A stretch of DNA of 64,000 nucleotides from Thermoplasmata archaeon (lineage in GTDB: Archaea > Thermoplasmatota > Thermoplasmata > Lutacidiplasmatales > UBA184). A program made the position numbers and the translations under genes. Shown in pieces: positions 1-11,874 of the stretch (its first letter is position 1; every line of letters begins with the position of its first letter). The notes under the pieces were generated by a model that was given only the letters and a program-made list of their open reading frames with translations, had not been told where the DNA came from and ran no database searches. The DNA lies in NCBI GenBank assembly GCA_021821785.1, contig JAKACD010000001.1, positions 39,964 to 103,963 on the forward strand, written 5' to 3'.

Positions 1-485
1 GGCTCGGGCTTGCCGCGAAGATCTCCGGCGACCGGCGTGGTCGTCGTCCACGCGCCCCACGGGGTCGCCCCGCTGCGCTGGATCCCGGTGTTCATGTACG
101 CCTCGTTGTCGTACATGACGTAGATCGCGTCGGTCCGTCGCTCGAGCATCCCGCTGAGCGCCTGGAGGCCGATATCCGCCGTCCCGCCGTCGCCGGCAAA
201 GCCGACGATGTTGACCTTGTCGAGGCCGAGCGCATCGGCAGCGGCCCGCAGGCCCGAGATCGACGCCCCGGTCGATTCGATCGCATTGTCGAGCACGGCG
301 ACCTTGAGGGCGGTGGTCGGGTAGGGCGTCGCGATCACCGTCCAGCAGCAGGCGGGGATCGAGACCAGCGTCCGCGGCCCGAGCCCCTTCAGGAGGAGGC
401 GCATCGCGAGCGCGGGGCCGCAGCCCGGGCAGGCCGCGTGGCCGCCGTACATCAGCTCCTGGGCCGGGATCGTGAGCTTAGCCAT
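1..485 (-). CDS. porB: pyruvate/2-oxoacid:ferredoxin oxidoreductase beta subunit (TPP-binding), 3' end outside the window
   Basis: Minus-strand translation from ATG at 485-483 reads MAKLTIPAQELMYGGHAACPGCGPALAMRLLLKGLGPRTLVSIPACCW...GDGGTADIG. The CPGCG motif and GDGG TPP-binding motif are typical of PorB. It overlaps the porA stop by 8 nt. Confidence 0.85.
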   Translation of the reverse strand, partial: MAKLTIPAQELMYGGHAACPGCGPALAMRLLLKGLGPRTLVSIPACCWTVIATPYPTTALKVAVLDNAIESTGASISGLRAAADALGLDKVNIVGFAGDGGTADIGLQALSGMLERRTDAIYVMYDNEAYMNTGIQRSGATPWGAWTTTTPVAGDLRGKPE

Positions 486-1662
486 GGATCCGTGTCACCC
501 CCTCGTCTTCGAGGTCTTCCCAATGGACCGTGGCGGGGGCCCCCGAGAGCAGGGTCTCGAACATCCGCCGGACCTCACCCGGGGTCACGTCTCGCCCCCC
601 GATGCCGGCGAGGAAGCTCGTGACCTCGGGCCGGTGCCGCGCCGTGTAGAGCGCCGCGCTCACCTCCGTGGCCGCGGGACCCATCGGCCCGAACGTGTAG
701 GAGCGGTCGACGACCCCGATCCGGTCGACCCCCCGGGCGAGACGACGCAGCTCCTCATCAGGGAACGGCCGGAACAACCGCAGCTTCGCGAGCCCGACCC
801 GGCGGCCGCTGGCCCGGAGCTCGTCGACGACGGATCGGGCGGTGGTGGTCGAAGTGCCCATCGTGATCAGGACCGCGTCGGCGTCGTCGATCCGGTAGGT
901 CGGGAGCGCTCCGCCGTGGGAGCGGCCGACGGCGCGCTCGAACTCCGTTTCCACCGTCTCGAGGACCTTCGGCACCCGGGCCATCGCCTCGCCGATCTGA
1001 TGGCGGAAGTCGACGTAGTGCTCGGGGCCCGTGAACGAGCCGAGACGGGTCGCCTCGCCCGGCACGAGCACCGCATGGGGCTCGCGCGGCGGCAGGAAGC
1101 GGTCGACCACCGCCGGGTCGGGCACGTCGACCGGTTCGACCGTGTGCGAGAGATAGAACGCGTCCTCCGTGACCATCGCGGGAAGCCGGACGTCCGGGTG
1201 CTCGGCGAGCCGATACGCCTGGAGCACCGTATCGAGGACCTCCTGGTTGCTCTCCGCGTAGAACTGGATCCAGCCGGTGTCCCGCTGGCTCATCGTGTCG
1301 GTGTGATCGGCGCCGATGTTCCACGGGGGGGCCACCGCGCGGTTGATCACCCCCATCACGATCGGAGCGCGCATTCCCGAGGCCCAGTGAAGCAGTTCGT
1401 GCATCAGCAACAGGCCCTGGCTCGACGTCGCCGTGTACGTCCGCGCGCCGAGCGCCGCGGCGCTGATCACGACCTGCAACGCCGAGTGCTCGCTCTCGAC
1501 CTTGACGTACTGCGCGTGGAGTTCTCCGCTGGCGACGAAGTCCGCGATCTTCTCGACGATCGAGGTCTGCGGCGTGATCGGGTACGCCGAGACGACCTGC
1601 GCCCGCGCGAGGAGAGCGGCGTACGACTGCGCGTAATTTCCCGAAAGCACCTTTGCGGTCAT
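478..1662 (-). CDS. porA: pyruvate:ferredoxin oxidoreductase alpha subunit
   Basis: Start ATG at 1662 (MTAKVLSGNYAQSYAALLARAQVVSAYPITPQT...), preceded by GGAGGT. About 394 aa with PorA-like domain order. The longer ORF-track start at 1869 is an upstream extension. Confidence 0.88.
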   Translation of the reverse strand: MTAKVLSGNYAQSYAALLARAQVVSAYPITPQTSIVEKIADFVASGELHAQYVKVESEHSALQVVISAAALGARTYTATSSQGLLLMHELLHWASGMRAPIVMGVINRAVAPPWNIGADHTDTMSQRDTGWIQFYAESNQEVLDTVLQAYRLAEHPDVRLPAMVTEDAFYLSHTVEPVDVPDPAVVDRFLPPREPHAVLVPGEATRLGSFTGPEHYVDFRHQIGEAMARVPKVLETVETEFERAVGRSHGGALPTYRIDDADAVLITMGTSTTTARSVVDELRASGRRVGLAKLRLFRPFPDEELRRLARGVDRIGVVDRSYTFGPMGPAATEVSAALYTARHRPEVTSFLAGIGGRDVTPGEVRRMFETLLSGAPATVHWEDLEDEGVTRIHG

Positions 1663-1673
1663 GACCTCCCCCG

Positions 1674-2528
1674 TCAGGCCTCCGCCACCATCTCGATCGT
1701 CTTCGGCGGACACTCGGCCGCACAGATCCCGCACCCCTTGCAGTAGGCGAGCCGGATCTGAGGGTAGCCCTTCGCGTCGAACTCGATGGCGTCGTCGGGG
1801 CAGAACTTCCAGCAGAAGTTGCACTTCGTGCAGCGGTCGAGGTGGATCACCGGCGTGAACGTCCGCCACGCCGCGGTGTGGAGGGTCTCGCTGGAGACGG
1901 AAGCGATCGGGCCCTCGGGCAGCACGAGGGGCGGAGGGCGGGCACGGGGCGGCGGCGCGGGAGCCGAGGCGTCCCCCGGGAGCACGGTAACGCCGAGATA
2001 CCCGTCCCGGGCCGCGAGTCGATTTTCCTCCGGTCGAGCAGGGACGAACTGCCCCACCGCCCGGGTCAGGCCCTCGAGGGAGACCACTCCCGTCGCCCGC
2101 GCGAGGGCACCGAGCACGGCCGTGTTGACGATGGGGAGCATCGGGGTCCCGAGATTGTGCGCGAGCGCGATCCGGGTCGCGTCCACGCTCGCCCGCCGAA
2201 CTCCGGCGGGCGCGATCAACGCCTGTGGCGGACGCGGGGAATTGACGAGGAGAATACCGTTCGGCTTCAGGCCGTCGGCGACCGGTTCCGTCGCGAGGAG
2301 TCCCGGGTCGAGGACGACGACGGCGTCGGGGGCGGTGATCGAGGTCCGCAACCCCACCGGCCGATCGTCGACCCGGCAGTAGGCGGTGACCGGAGCCCCG
2401 CGCCGTTCCACGCCGAAGAACGGGAAGCTCTGGGGCTGCTTCCCGTCAAGGAACGCCGCCTGGGCGAGCAGTTCCGAGGCCACGACCGCCCCCTGGCCGC
2501 CGCGGCCGTGGAACCGGATCTCAATCAT
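1674..2528 (-). CDS. porGD: pyruvate:ferredoxin oxidoreductase gamma-delta fusion (PorG domain plus 2x[4Fe-4S] ferredoxin PorD domain)
   Basis: [26 protein letters not shown]... is a PorG N-terminus. The C-terminus has [12 protein letters not shown] and [12 protein letters not shown] ferredoxin motifs. The start at 2528 is chosen from the family N-terminus. Confidence 0.85.
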
Positions 2529-2640
2529 AACATCCCCGCGTGAACGAGCCCGAGGAAAGTTGATGAATCGGGGGTCAGCCACAGTTGACAACTCCTTAAA
2601 CAGCGGCGCGCCTCTCGTTACTCTCGGTGTGTGGGTAGAC
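2529..2640. promoter_or_regulatory. divergent intergenic promoter region between porGDAB and ilvE; TATA-like CCTTAAA at 2594-2600
   Basis: The 112-bp gap lies between divergent starts. CCTTAAA sits about 40 nt upstream of the ilvE ATG. The same motif recurs upstream of other genes in the window. Confidence 0.4.
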
Positions 2641-3564
2641 ATGGTGGGCATACGCGCGCTCAAGAAAATCTGGTTCGACGGAAAGCTCGTCGACTGGGAC
2701 GCGGCCCAGGTCCACGTCCTGACGCACGGGCTTCACTACGCCTATGCCGTGTTCGAAGGCATCCGAACCCACGACACGCCCCGCGGTCCGGCGATCTTCC
2801 GACTCTCGGAGCACATCGACCGGTTCCTGAGCAGCGCGAAGATCTATCGGATGAAGCTCCCCTACTCGGGACCGGACCTTGCGAAAGCATGTGTCGATCT
2901 CGTTCGGGCGAACGAGATCCCGACGGCGTACATTCGCCCGATCGCCTTCTCGGGCTATGGCGAGATGGGGCTCGACCCGACCAAGAGCCCGGTGCAGGTC
3001 GCGGTCGGCGAGTGGGAGTGGCCCGCCTATCTTGGGGCGGAGGGGGTCGAGCGCGGCGTGCGCGCCACGGTCTCGAGCTGGGTCCGAATGGACTCGCGGT
3101 CGTTGCCTCCGCAATCGAAGTCGGCCGCGAACTACGCGAACAGCGCGCTCGCCAAGATGGAGGCGGTGGTGGGCGGCTACGACGAGGCGATCCTCCTGAA
3201 TTCGGCCGGCATGGTCGCCGAGGGGCCGGGGGAGAACGTCTTCCGAGTGAAGAACGGGATCGTCAGCACCCCGCCGGCGAGCTCGGGAATCCTGCGCGGC
3301 ATCACCCGGGACACGGTCATCCAGTTCGTGGCGCACGAGGGAATCCGGTTCCAGCGCACCGACTTCACTCGAGAGGAGCTGTTCACCGCGGACGAACTGT
3401 TCTACACCGGCACGGCCGCGGGGATCACGCCGATCCGGGAGGTCGATGGACGGCTGATCGGCAACGGAAGCTACCCCATCGTCAAGCGGCTCCAGCAACG
3501 GTACGAGGATGCCATCCACGGTCGCAACCCGGCGTACAACGCTTGGCTGACCTACGTCGCATAG
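2641..3564 (+). CDS. ilvE: branched-chain amino acid aminotransferase
   Basis: MVGIRALKKIWFDGKLVDWDAAQVHVLTHGLHYAYAVFEGIR... is the class IV aminotransferase fold. About 307 aa. Confidence 0.88.
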   Translation: MVGIRALKKIWFDGKLVDWDAAQVHVLTHGLHYAYAVFEGIRTHDTPRGPAIFRLSEHIDRFLSSAKIYRMKLPYSGPDLAKACVDLVRANEIPTAYIRPIAFSGYGEMGLDPTKSPVQVAVGEWEWPAYLGAEGVERGVRATVSSWVRMDSRSLPPQSKSAANYANSALAKMEAVVGGYDEAILLNSAGMVAEGPGENVFRVKNGIVSTPPASSGILRGITRDTVIQFVAHEGIRFQRTDFTREELFTADELFYTGTAAGITPIREVDGRLIGNGSYPIVKRLQQRYEDAIHGRNPAYNAWLTYVA

Positions 3565-3846
3565 CACCGCGACCTGAGCCGGAGTACGACGGCGCCATTC
3601 GCCGTCCCGCGCCGGCCGGGGTGAGACTCACCGCCGGGCCGAGCGACGGGCGCGGGGCCGTGGGAGGGGCGCCCCGGGGCCTAAGGTCGCGGGTGGCATG
3701 GCCTCACGGACTGCTCGCCTTCGTTGGGCTGGCTCTGACCGGAGGGATCCGCGCGTCCGGAGCTGACGCTCCGGCTCGTCGCACTCCCTCCAGCCCCCGA
3801 AGTCCCTGAGCGGGGTCCTCCGGTGTTACGGTGGGCCTGGGTCGAC

Positions 3847-4323
3847 TTAGGTCACCAAGAAGCGCAGCAGCTTCGCTCCGATCGAGGAGCCGCTCCAGCG
3901 GTCGCGCAGCTTCAGTCGGGATGCAAGGCTGTACGCATAGGGAGAGAAGATCAGCACGAGGAACGCGAAGGCCAGCATGAGGTCCCCTCCGGGGTCCGTG
4001 TACCCGACGAACGACCAGCCCGTTCCCAGGACGTACGCGCCGCCGAATCCGCCGGCGACCCAAATGGAGAACATGATCGTGGCGCTCCAGATCGCTGCGG
4101 GTCGCTGGAAGAGTCCGACGATGAGGGCCAAGCCGCCCATCGTCTCTCCCAGGGCGACGAGGGTACCGAACACGACCCAGTTGTTGCTGAGCGCGTCGTA
4201 GCCGAAGCTCTGGACCGTGGCCTGCATCGTGCCCTGCTGGAAGAGGATCCACTTGAGCATGCCATCGAGCAGGAACACGGCTCCGAAGAGAATCCGCATC
4301 CCCGAGTAGGCTCGGATCGACAT
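3847..4323 (-). CDS. DoxX-family membrane protein
   Basis: MSIRAYSGMRILFGAVFLLDGMLKW... is hydrophobic and DoxX-like. Local GC is about 62%, lower than its surroundings. The start at 4323 is chosen within a longer ORF. Confidence 0.6.
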   Translation of the reverse strand: MSIRAYSGMRILFGAVFLLDGMLKWILFQQGTMQATVQSFGYDALSNNWVVFGTLVALGETMGGLALIVGLFQRPAAIWSATIMFSIWVAGGFGGAYVLGTGWSFVGYTDPGGDLMLAFAFLVLIFSPYAYSLASRLKLRDRWSGSSIGAKLLRFLVT

Positions 4324-4648
4324 CGATTCCGTACCGAAGCCGACATCGGTCGAAAGGTTCTGCTGCTTCGGAAAAGCGAATCCCGGCGCGGTTGCGCCCC
4401 TGGTATTTCCCCGCATGGCCCGCTATCGAGCAGGTTACAGGGTCCATCCTCCATCTTCCCTCCGTCCATAGAGTCAGGACAGTAAGGACGCCTAGGGTCG
4501 GCCGCGCCGCGGCTCCGGCCGCGTCCGGGTTCACACCATCGCCCTTGATGGTGGGACCGCGAGGGGGCCGGGGTCGCGGCGGATGGGGGACCCGTGCAGG
4601 GAGACGTCCCTGAGCGCAGCAAACCGACCGGAACTTCAGTGAGAGACC

Positions 4649-4721
4649 AGCCGCGGGAGGGATTTGAACCCTCGACCTGCTCCTTACCAAGGAGCCGCTC
4701 TACCAGCTGAGCCACCGCGGC
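4649..4721 (-). tRNA. tRNA-Thr (anticodon GGU)
   Basis: The reverse complement folds as a cloverleaf: acceptor GCCGCGG/CCGCGGC, D arm GCTCAGCTGGTAGAGC, anticodon stem GCTCC/GGAGC with loop TTGGTAA, T arm GAGGG-TTCAAAT-CCCTC. There is no encoded CCA. GAATAAGG lies about 35 nt upstream. Confidence 0.9.
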
Positions 4722-4742
4722 ACGGACGTGAGGACCCGAGTC

Positions 4743-5609
4743 TCACGCCTTATTCCTCTTTCTGGGGGGTTCGTCGCTCCGCGCGCCGGCCCAAGGGAAT
4801 CCCTGGGACGATGCTGCCCAGCCTTCCCGGTCAGTCTCGGCAAGGCGCTTCTTCTCGAGGAATGCTTGCATCCCGGTCTTCTGGCCCGCGGTCCCGAAGA
4901 GACGGGACCAGAGATCGAGCTCGTAGTCGAGCCCGGCCTCAATCTCGGGGTCGATCGCGTTCTGGAGCGCGTACTTCGCCGCCGCGAGCGCGAGCGGCGG
5001 CTTCGACGCAAGCTCGGTGGCGAGGGCGAGTGCCGCGGGGAGCAATTCCGACCTCGGCACGACCTGGTCGACCAACCCCTGCGCATGGGCCTCGGCGGCC
5101 GTCACGGGTCGTCCGGTGAGAATCCAGCGGCGAGCACGGGCCGCCCCGATACGACGGGGGAGTCGGCGAGTCCCGCCCCATCCCGGCATGATCCCGAGGT
5201 TGATCTCCGGCTGGCCGAACCTCGCGTCCTCGCTCGCCAGAATGAAGTCGCAGGCGAGGGAGATCTCGCAGCCGCCGCCGAGGGCGACTCCGTGGACCGC
5301 GGCGATCACCGGCAGGGAGAGCCGTTCGATCTGTCGCGTCACGGCCTGGCCCAGGGCGCCGTGCTCGTGGGCCGCCGCCGGGTCCATCGGCGCCATCTCC
5401 CGGATATCGGCCCCGGCGGCGAATGCCTTCTCCGCCGCGCTGGCAAGCACGACGGCCCGCACCCCGAGGTCCACCTCGGCCTCTTCGAGCCGCGCGGCGA
5501 GGGCGTCCAGCACCCGGCGCGAAAGGACGTTCACCGGTGGATGGTCGAGCGTCAGGAGGAGCGTTCGCCCGCGTTTCTCGCTCCGCACGAGGTCCGGTCC
5601 GTCCGGCAT
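4743..5609 (-). CDS. enoyl-CoA hydratase/isomerase (crotonase family), with a C-terminal extension
   Basis: MPDGPDLVRSEKRGRTLLLTLDHPPVNVL...AAVHGVALGGGCEISLACDFILASEDARFGQPEINLGIMPGWGGTRRL is the crotonase signature. The tail after FLEKKR is longer than usual. Confidence 0.82.
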   Translation of the reverse strand: MPDGPDLVRSEKRGRTLLLTLDHPPVNVLSRRVLDALAARLEEAEVDLGVRAVVLASAAEKAFAAGADIREMAPMDPAAAHEHGALGQAVTRQIERLSLPVIAAVHGVALGGGCEISLACDFILASEDARFGQPEINLGIMPGWGGTRRLPRRIGAARARRWILTGRPVTAAEAHAQGLVDQVVPRSELLPAALALATELASKPPLALAAAKYALQNAIDPEIEAGLDYELDLWSRLFGTAGQKTGMQAFLEKKRLAETDREGWAASSQGFPWAGARSDEPPRKRNKA

Positions 5610-5632
5610 CGTGGCGGCCGAGTGAGGGCGGC

Positions 5633-5640
5633 CTATTAAT
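5633..5640 (+). promoter_or_regulatory. TATA-like box (CTATTAAT) about 25 nt upstream of the nop5 ATG; probably a leaderless transcript
   Basis: An AT-rich octamer in otherwise GC-rich DNA at the correct spacing. Confidence 0.4.
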
Positions 5641-5661
5641 CTCCGTGACCTCCCGCCCCCG

Positions 5662-6672
5662 ATGCGGGCGGTGGTCACCACCTGGTATGCGACGTTCCTG
5701 ATCGAGGACGGGGTCGTCGTGCGCACCGCGGCCGTGCCGACGGAGGTCGTGACGATCGCCGAGCGGGCGCTCCAGCGTCGGGGCGGAGAGCTCACTCCTG
5801 AGGAGCGGGAACTGCTTACCGACCGGGGAAGCGCCGAATGGCGCACGCGGGACCGCCGCCTGGCGGCCCACGGGCTGGTCCTCGATCTGAGCCTCCCGGC
5901 CACGATCCCGTCGCTTCCGTCCCCGCCGGACCCGGCGCTCCTGCGGGCCGGCGAGCTCGCCGCGGCCGAGCGCTCGCTCGAGGCCGCCTGGGACCCTTCC
6001 GTGCACGTCGAGGAAGCGGTCCGGGCCGTGTCGGATCTCGACCGCGTGCAGAACCTCGTGGGAGAGCGGCTCGCGAGCTGGGTCGCGCGCGACGCCCCCG
6101 ATCTCGATGCGTCAGACCATGGTCGGGCCGTGCGGCTGGCCCTCGCTCGGGAGGAATCGGCGCTGGGCCCCCTTGACCCCTCGCTGCGAGCCGCCCGGGA
6201 ACGCCTCGCGAACCTCTATCGCGAGGTGGAAGCCACCCACGCTGAGCTGGAGAAGGCGGTGGCGACCGCCGCGCCGCGTCGCGCGCCCAACCTGGTCGCA
6301 TTGCTCGGCCCCGACCTCGCCGCCCGGCTGCTGGCCTCGGCCGGTGGCCTCGACCGATTGGCCCGGCTCCCCGCGAGCACGATACAGGTCCTGGGCGCGG
6401 AGCGCGCCTTCTTCGAACACCTGCGGGGCCGAGCGCCGCCACCACGCCACGGGTTGCTCTTCCTCCATCCCTCGATCCAATCGGCGCCGCGCTCGGAACG
6501 CGGGAAGCTCGCCCGGGCGCTGGCCGGAAAGGCCGCGATCGCCGCGCGACGCGACCATGTCGGGTCGCCGGTGGACGAAAGCCTCGCGCGGGCCTACGAG
6601 ACCCGTCGGGCGGCGCTCAAGGCACGACGAGGTCGTCCGGCGCGGGACCGGGGCCCCCGTCGATCACGGTAG
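5662..6672 (+). CDS. nop5: Nop5/Nop56-58 family box C/D snoRNP protein (N-terminal domain plus Nop domain, short coiled-coil region)
   Basis: MRAVVTTWYATFLIEDGVVV... is a Nop5 N-terminal domain. The C-terminal Nop domain reads ...IQVLGAERAFFEHLRGRAPPPRHGLLFLHPSIQSAP... Confidence 0.75.
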   Translation: MRAVVTTWYATFLIEDGVVVRTAAVPTEVVTIAERALQRRGGELTPEERELLTDRGSAEWRTRDRRLAAHGLVLDLSLPATIPSLPSPPDPALLRAGELAAAERSLEAAWDPSVHVEEAVRAVSDLDRVQNLVGERLASWVARDAPDLDASDHGRAVRLALAREESALGPLDPSLRAARERLANLYREVEATHAELEKAVATAAPRRAPNLVALLGPDLAARLLASAGGLDRLARLPASTIQVLGAERAFFEHLRGRAPPPRHGLLFLHPSIQSAPRSERGKLARALAGKAAIAARRDHVGSPVDESLARAYETRRAALKARRGRPARDRGPRRSR

Positions 6673-7215
6673 CCACTTCACCGTGCAGCCCTGCACGGGG
6701 ACCTCGCTCGGTCGCACGGGTTGACCGGCGAGGGCCTGATCCAGGGCGCGCACGAGGTACCGCTCGGTCACGCGCTCGGCATGCTGATGGTCGTTGTCGA
6801 TCCTTCCCTGGAACAGGAGACGTCGGTGGGCGTCGAACAGCATCGGGTGGGGCGTGACGAGGGCGCCGTACGCGTGCGCGACCTCCTGGCTCTCATCTTG
6901 AAGGTACGGGAACGGGTAGTGCTTCTCCTGCGCCCGTCGCGCCATCGACTCGAGGCTGTCCTCGGGATAGGCGCGGGCATCGTTCGGATTGATGAGGACC
7001 GTCCGGACCCCCTTCGCGAGATACTCCCGTCCGATCGCGATCATCCGCCCTTCCCAGGCCTGCACGTACGGGCAGTGATTGCACCAGAAGACCACCAGCA
7101 GAAACGGATCGGTCGCGAACTCCGAGAGATGATAGGTCCGGCCGTCGACCCCAGGCAGCGCGAACTCCGGCGCCGGGTCCCCGGGATGCAACGAGAACGT
7201 CGACAGCTCGGCCAT
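6664..7215 (-). CDS. thioredoxin-fold thiol-disulfide oxidoreductase (redoxin/AhpC-TSA-like)
   Basis: MAELSTFSLHPGDPAPEFALPGVDGRTYHLSEF...VVFWCNHCPYV has a CxxC motif. The start at 7215 is chosen from the family N-terminus. It overlaps the nop5 end by 9 nt in convergent orientation. Confidence 0.75.
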   Translation of the reverse strand: MAELSTFSLHPGDPAPEFALPGVDGRTYHLSEFATDPFLLVVFWCNHCPYVQAWEGRMIAIGREYLAKGVRTVLINPNDARAYPEDSLESMARRAQEKHYPFPYLQDESQEVAHAYGALVTPHPMLFDAHRRLLFQGRIDNDHQHAERVTERYLVRALDQALAGQPVRPSEVPVQGCTVKWLP

Positions 7216-7267
7216 AGCACGAGATGCAGCGAACCCATCCTCATAGCCTTTAGAGGGGCCGCGGGTC

Positions 7268-7993
7268 GTGGTCCCGGAACCGGTGCACGAAGATAGCGGA
7301 CCTGAGGACGCGGTCGCCGCGGACGTTCGCGCGGCGATCTCGGAGGTGGACTGTGCCACGAACTCCGCGGCCGACGTCACGCTGCTGCGGGCGGGGTCCG
7401 TAGCGTTTCGTGTCGCGATCCTCGCGGACCGCGCCGTTTCCGTCGGCTCCGGCGTGGAGGAGTCGGCGCCGTACCTCGGCCGTGCGCGGGCGGCCGGTCT
7501 CTCGGTCGTTCGGCGCTCCTCGGGAGGGACGGGAGTGCTTCACGCGCCCGGGGACCTGGCGTGGTCGATCGTGCTGCCCCGGGGGCATCCCCTCGCGGGC
7601 CGGGATTTCGTCCGCGCGTACCCCCGGCTCGGCGAGGGCGTCGTGCGATGGCTCAGCGACCTCGGGGTATCGGCCGCGTGGACGGGCCCGCTCGGGCGTT
7701 CGACCGACTATTGCCTGCTGAGCGCCCGGGGCCACGTCCTGTCGGTCGGAGAACGAGTGCTGGGAGGGGCCGCCCAGCACCTCTCGGGGTCATCGCTGCT
7801 CCATCACGGGATCCTCCCGCTCGAGGTCGACCGGACCGCGGTGACCCGGCTGTTCGGGCTCGACGAGGACGGCACGACGGACCGGTTGACCTCCCTGCGC
7901 GAGCTCGGGATCCGCGGCTCCCCTCGTCGCCTCGCCGAGGGTCTGGCCGCGGCGATCGCCCGCCAGCTGGGGACCTTCCCACCGCCGGGCTAA
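7268..7993 (+). CDS. lplA: lipoate-protein ligase A N-terminal catalytic domain (BPL/LplA/LipB family, split-type)
   Basis: RRSSGGTGVLHAPGDLAWSIVL matches the LplA active-site region (RRxSGGGAVYHD...N). At 241 aa its length fits the stand-alone LplA-N of Thermoplasma. The start codon is uncertain. Confidence 0.65.
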   Translation: MVPEPVHEDSGPEDAVAADVRAAISEVDCATNSAADVTLLRAGSVAFRVAILADRAVSVGSGVEESAPYLGRARAAGLSVVRRSSGGTGVLHAPGDLAWSIVLPRGHPLAGRDFVRAYPRLGEGVVRWLSDLGVSAAWTGPLGRSTDYCLLSARGHVLSVGERVLGGAAQHLSGSSLLHHGILPLEVDRTAVTRLFGLDEDGTTDRLTSLRELGIRGSPRRLAEGLAAAIARQLGTFPPPG

Positions 7994-9315
7994 GCGGCGT
8001 CGCGCGGAGGCCAGAGCGCTTCGGCGGCGGCCTCGGCCTCGCGACGGATCTTGTTCCAGTCCCCGCGCACCAGCGATCGGTGGCGGACCACCGGCTCGCC
8101 CGCGATATAGACCGAGTCGATCGCCTCGTCGGAGGCACTGTAGGCGAGATGCGAGACGATCGCCTCGGGCCGGGCCGGGACGAGGGTCGGGTGGTCGAGC
8201 CGCACGAGCGAGAAGTCGGCGCGTTTCCCTACCTCGAGCGAGCCGAGCTCGCCGTCGCGGCCGATCACCCGCGCCGCCTCGATCGTCGCGAGGTCGAGCA
8301 GCTCCTGGGCCCGGAGGAGGCTCGCATCCCACCGCTGGTTCTTGTGGAAGAGGCCCGCGGTGTGCATCTCACGGAGCATGGACAGCGAGTTGTTGGAGGC
8401 GACCGAGTCGGTGCCGAGTCCGACACTCGCCCCCGCCGCCCGCAGCTCCACGATCGGGGCGACGCCGCCGGAGGCGAGCTTGGCGTTGGAGCTCGGGCAG
8501 TGGGCGATCCCGACGTTTCGCTGCGCGAGGAGCGTGATCTCCTGGCCGGTGAGCCACACCGCATGCGCGGCCACCGAGCGACCCCCTTGGAAGAACCCGA
8601 TCTGGTCGAGCCAGAGCGCGGGGCGCGCTCCCGTCTTCGTCTCGTGCTCGTGGACCTCACGGCGGGTCTCGGAGAGGTGGAAGTGGCAGAACGTCCCTTC
8701 GCGGTCCGCGAGCTCGCGCGCGCCGAGCCAAGTCTCGCGGTTGCAGACGTACACGCCCTGGGGAGCGACGACCGGCGTGACCCGCTCGTGCCCTTTCCAC
8801 CGCCCGATGAACTGTCGGGCGTTGTCGAGCGGGGCCCCTTTCTGGGTCGTGAGCTCCGGATCGAGCACCGCCCAGCCAAGGTACCCCCGGATCCCGAGAG
8901 ACTCGACCGCGCGCGCGACCGCGTCCTCGAAGTAGTAGAGGTCCAGGAACGAGGTCGTTCCCGCGAGGAGCATCTCCGCGATGCCGGCCCGCGCCCCGGC
9001 CTCGACATCCCGCTCCGTGCGGCGGGCATCGACGGCGAAGAGGGTCTCGAGGAACCCCGCGAGGTCCCGGTCGTCCGCGACCCCCCGCAGGGGGGCCATG
9101 GCGACATGCGCATGCACGTTGACGAACCCCGGCACCACCGCGAACCCGTGGCCATCGATCACCGCCGCGCCTTCTCGGGGCGCGTTCGGACCGACGTGGG
9201 TGATGCGCCCGTGCTCGATCCGAAGGTCGCCGCGGAGCACCCGCCGCTGGGGGTCCTGGGTCACCAAGAGGCCGTTCGTAACGAGGAGCGGATCCTCGGG
9301 CTCGAGGGCCTGCAT
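7990..9315 (-). CDS. mtaD: amidohydrolase, MTA/SAH deaminase (TRZ/ATZ) family
   Basis: MQALEPEDPLLVTNGLLVT...GFVNVHAHVAMAP...HLSETRREV...GLGTDSVASNN is the metal-dependent hydrolase signature. The start at 9315 is chosen. Confidence 0.78.
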   Translation of the reverse strand: MQALEPEDPLLVTNGLLVTQDPQRRVLRGDLRIEHGRITHVGPNAPREGAAVIDGHGFAVVPGFVNVHAHVAMAPLRGVADDRDLAGFLETLFAVDARRTERDVEAGARAGIAEMLLAGTTSFLDLYYFEDAVARAVESLGIRGYLGWAVLDPELTTQKGAPLDNARQFIGRWKGHERVTPVVAPQGVYVCNRETWLGARELADREGTFCHFHLSETRREVHEHETKTGARPALWLDQIGFFQGGRSVAAHAVWLTGQEITLLAQRNVGIAHCPSSNAKLASGGVAPIVELRAAGASVGLGTDSVASNNSLSMLREMHTAGLFHKNQRWDASLLRAQELLDLATIEAARVIGRDGELGSLEVGKRADFSLVRLDHPTLVPARPEAIVSHLAYSASDEAIDSVYIAGEPVVRHRSLVRGDWNKIRREAEAAAEALWPPRDAA

Positions 9316-9466
9316 CGGACCGGCTACGGGCCCCGCCGTAAAAGAGGTTCGTGACGCCCGAGGGTTTACTTTCCCCGCTCGCCCGGGAGCCGGCCGCCGC
9401 CGGCTCGCCGACACGGTCTCAGGCTTAGCGCTAAATGGCGCCGGACGGTTCGCGTACCCTCGGGTC

Positions 9467-11874
<2,408 letters not shown>

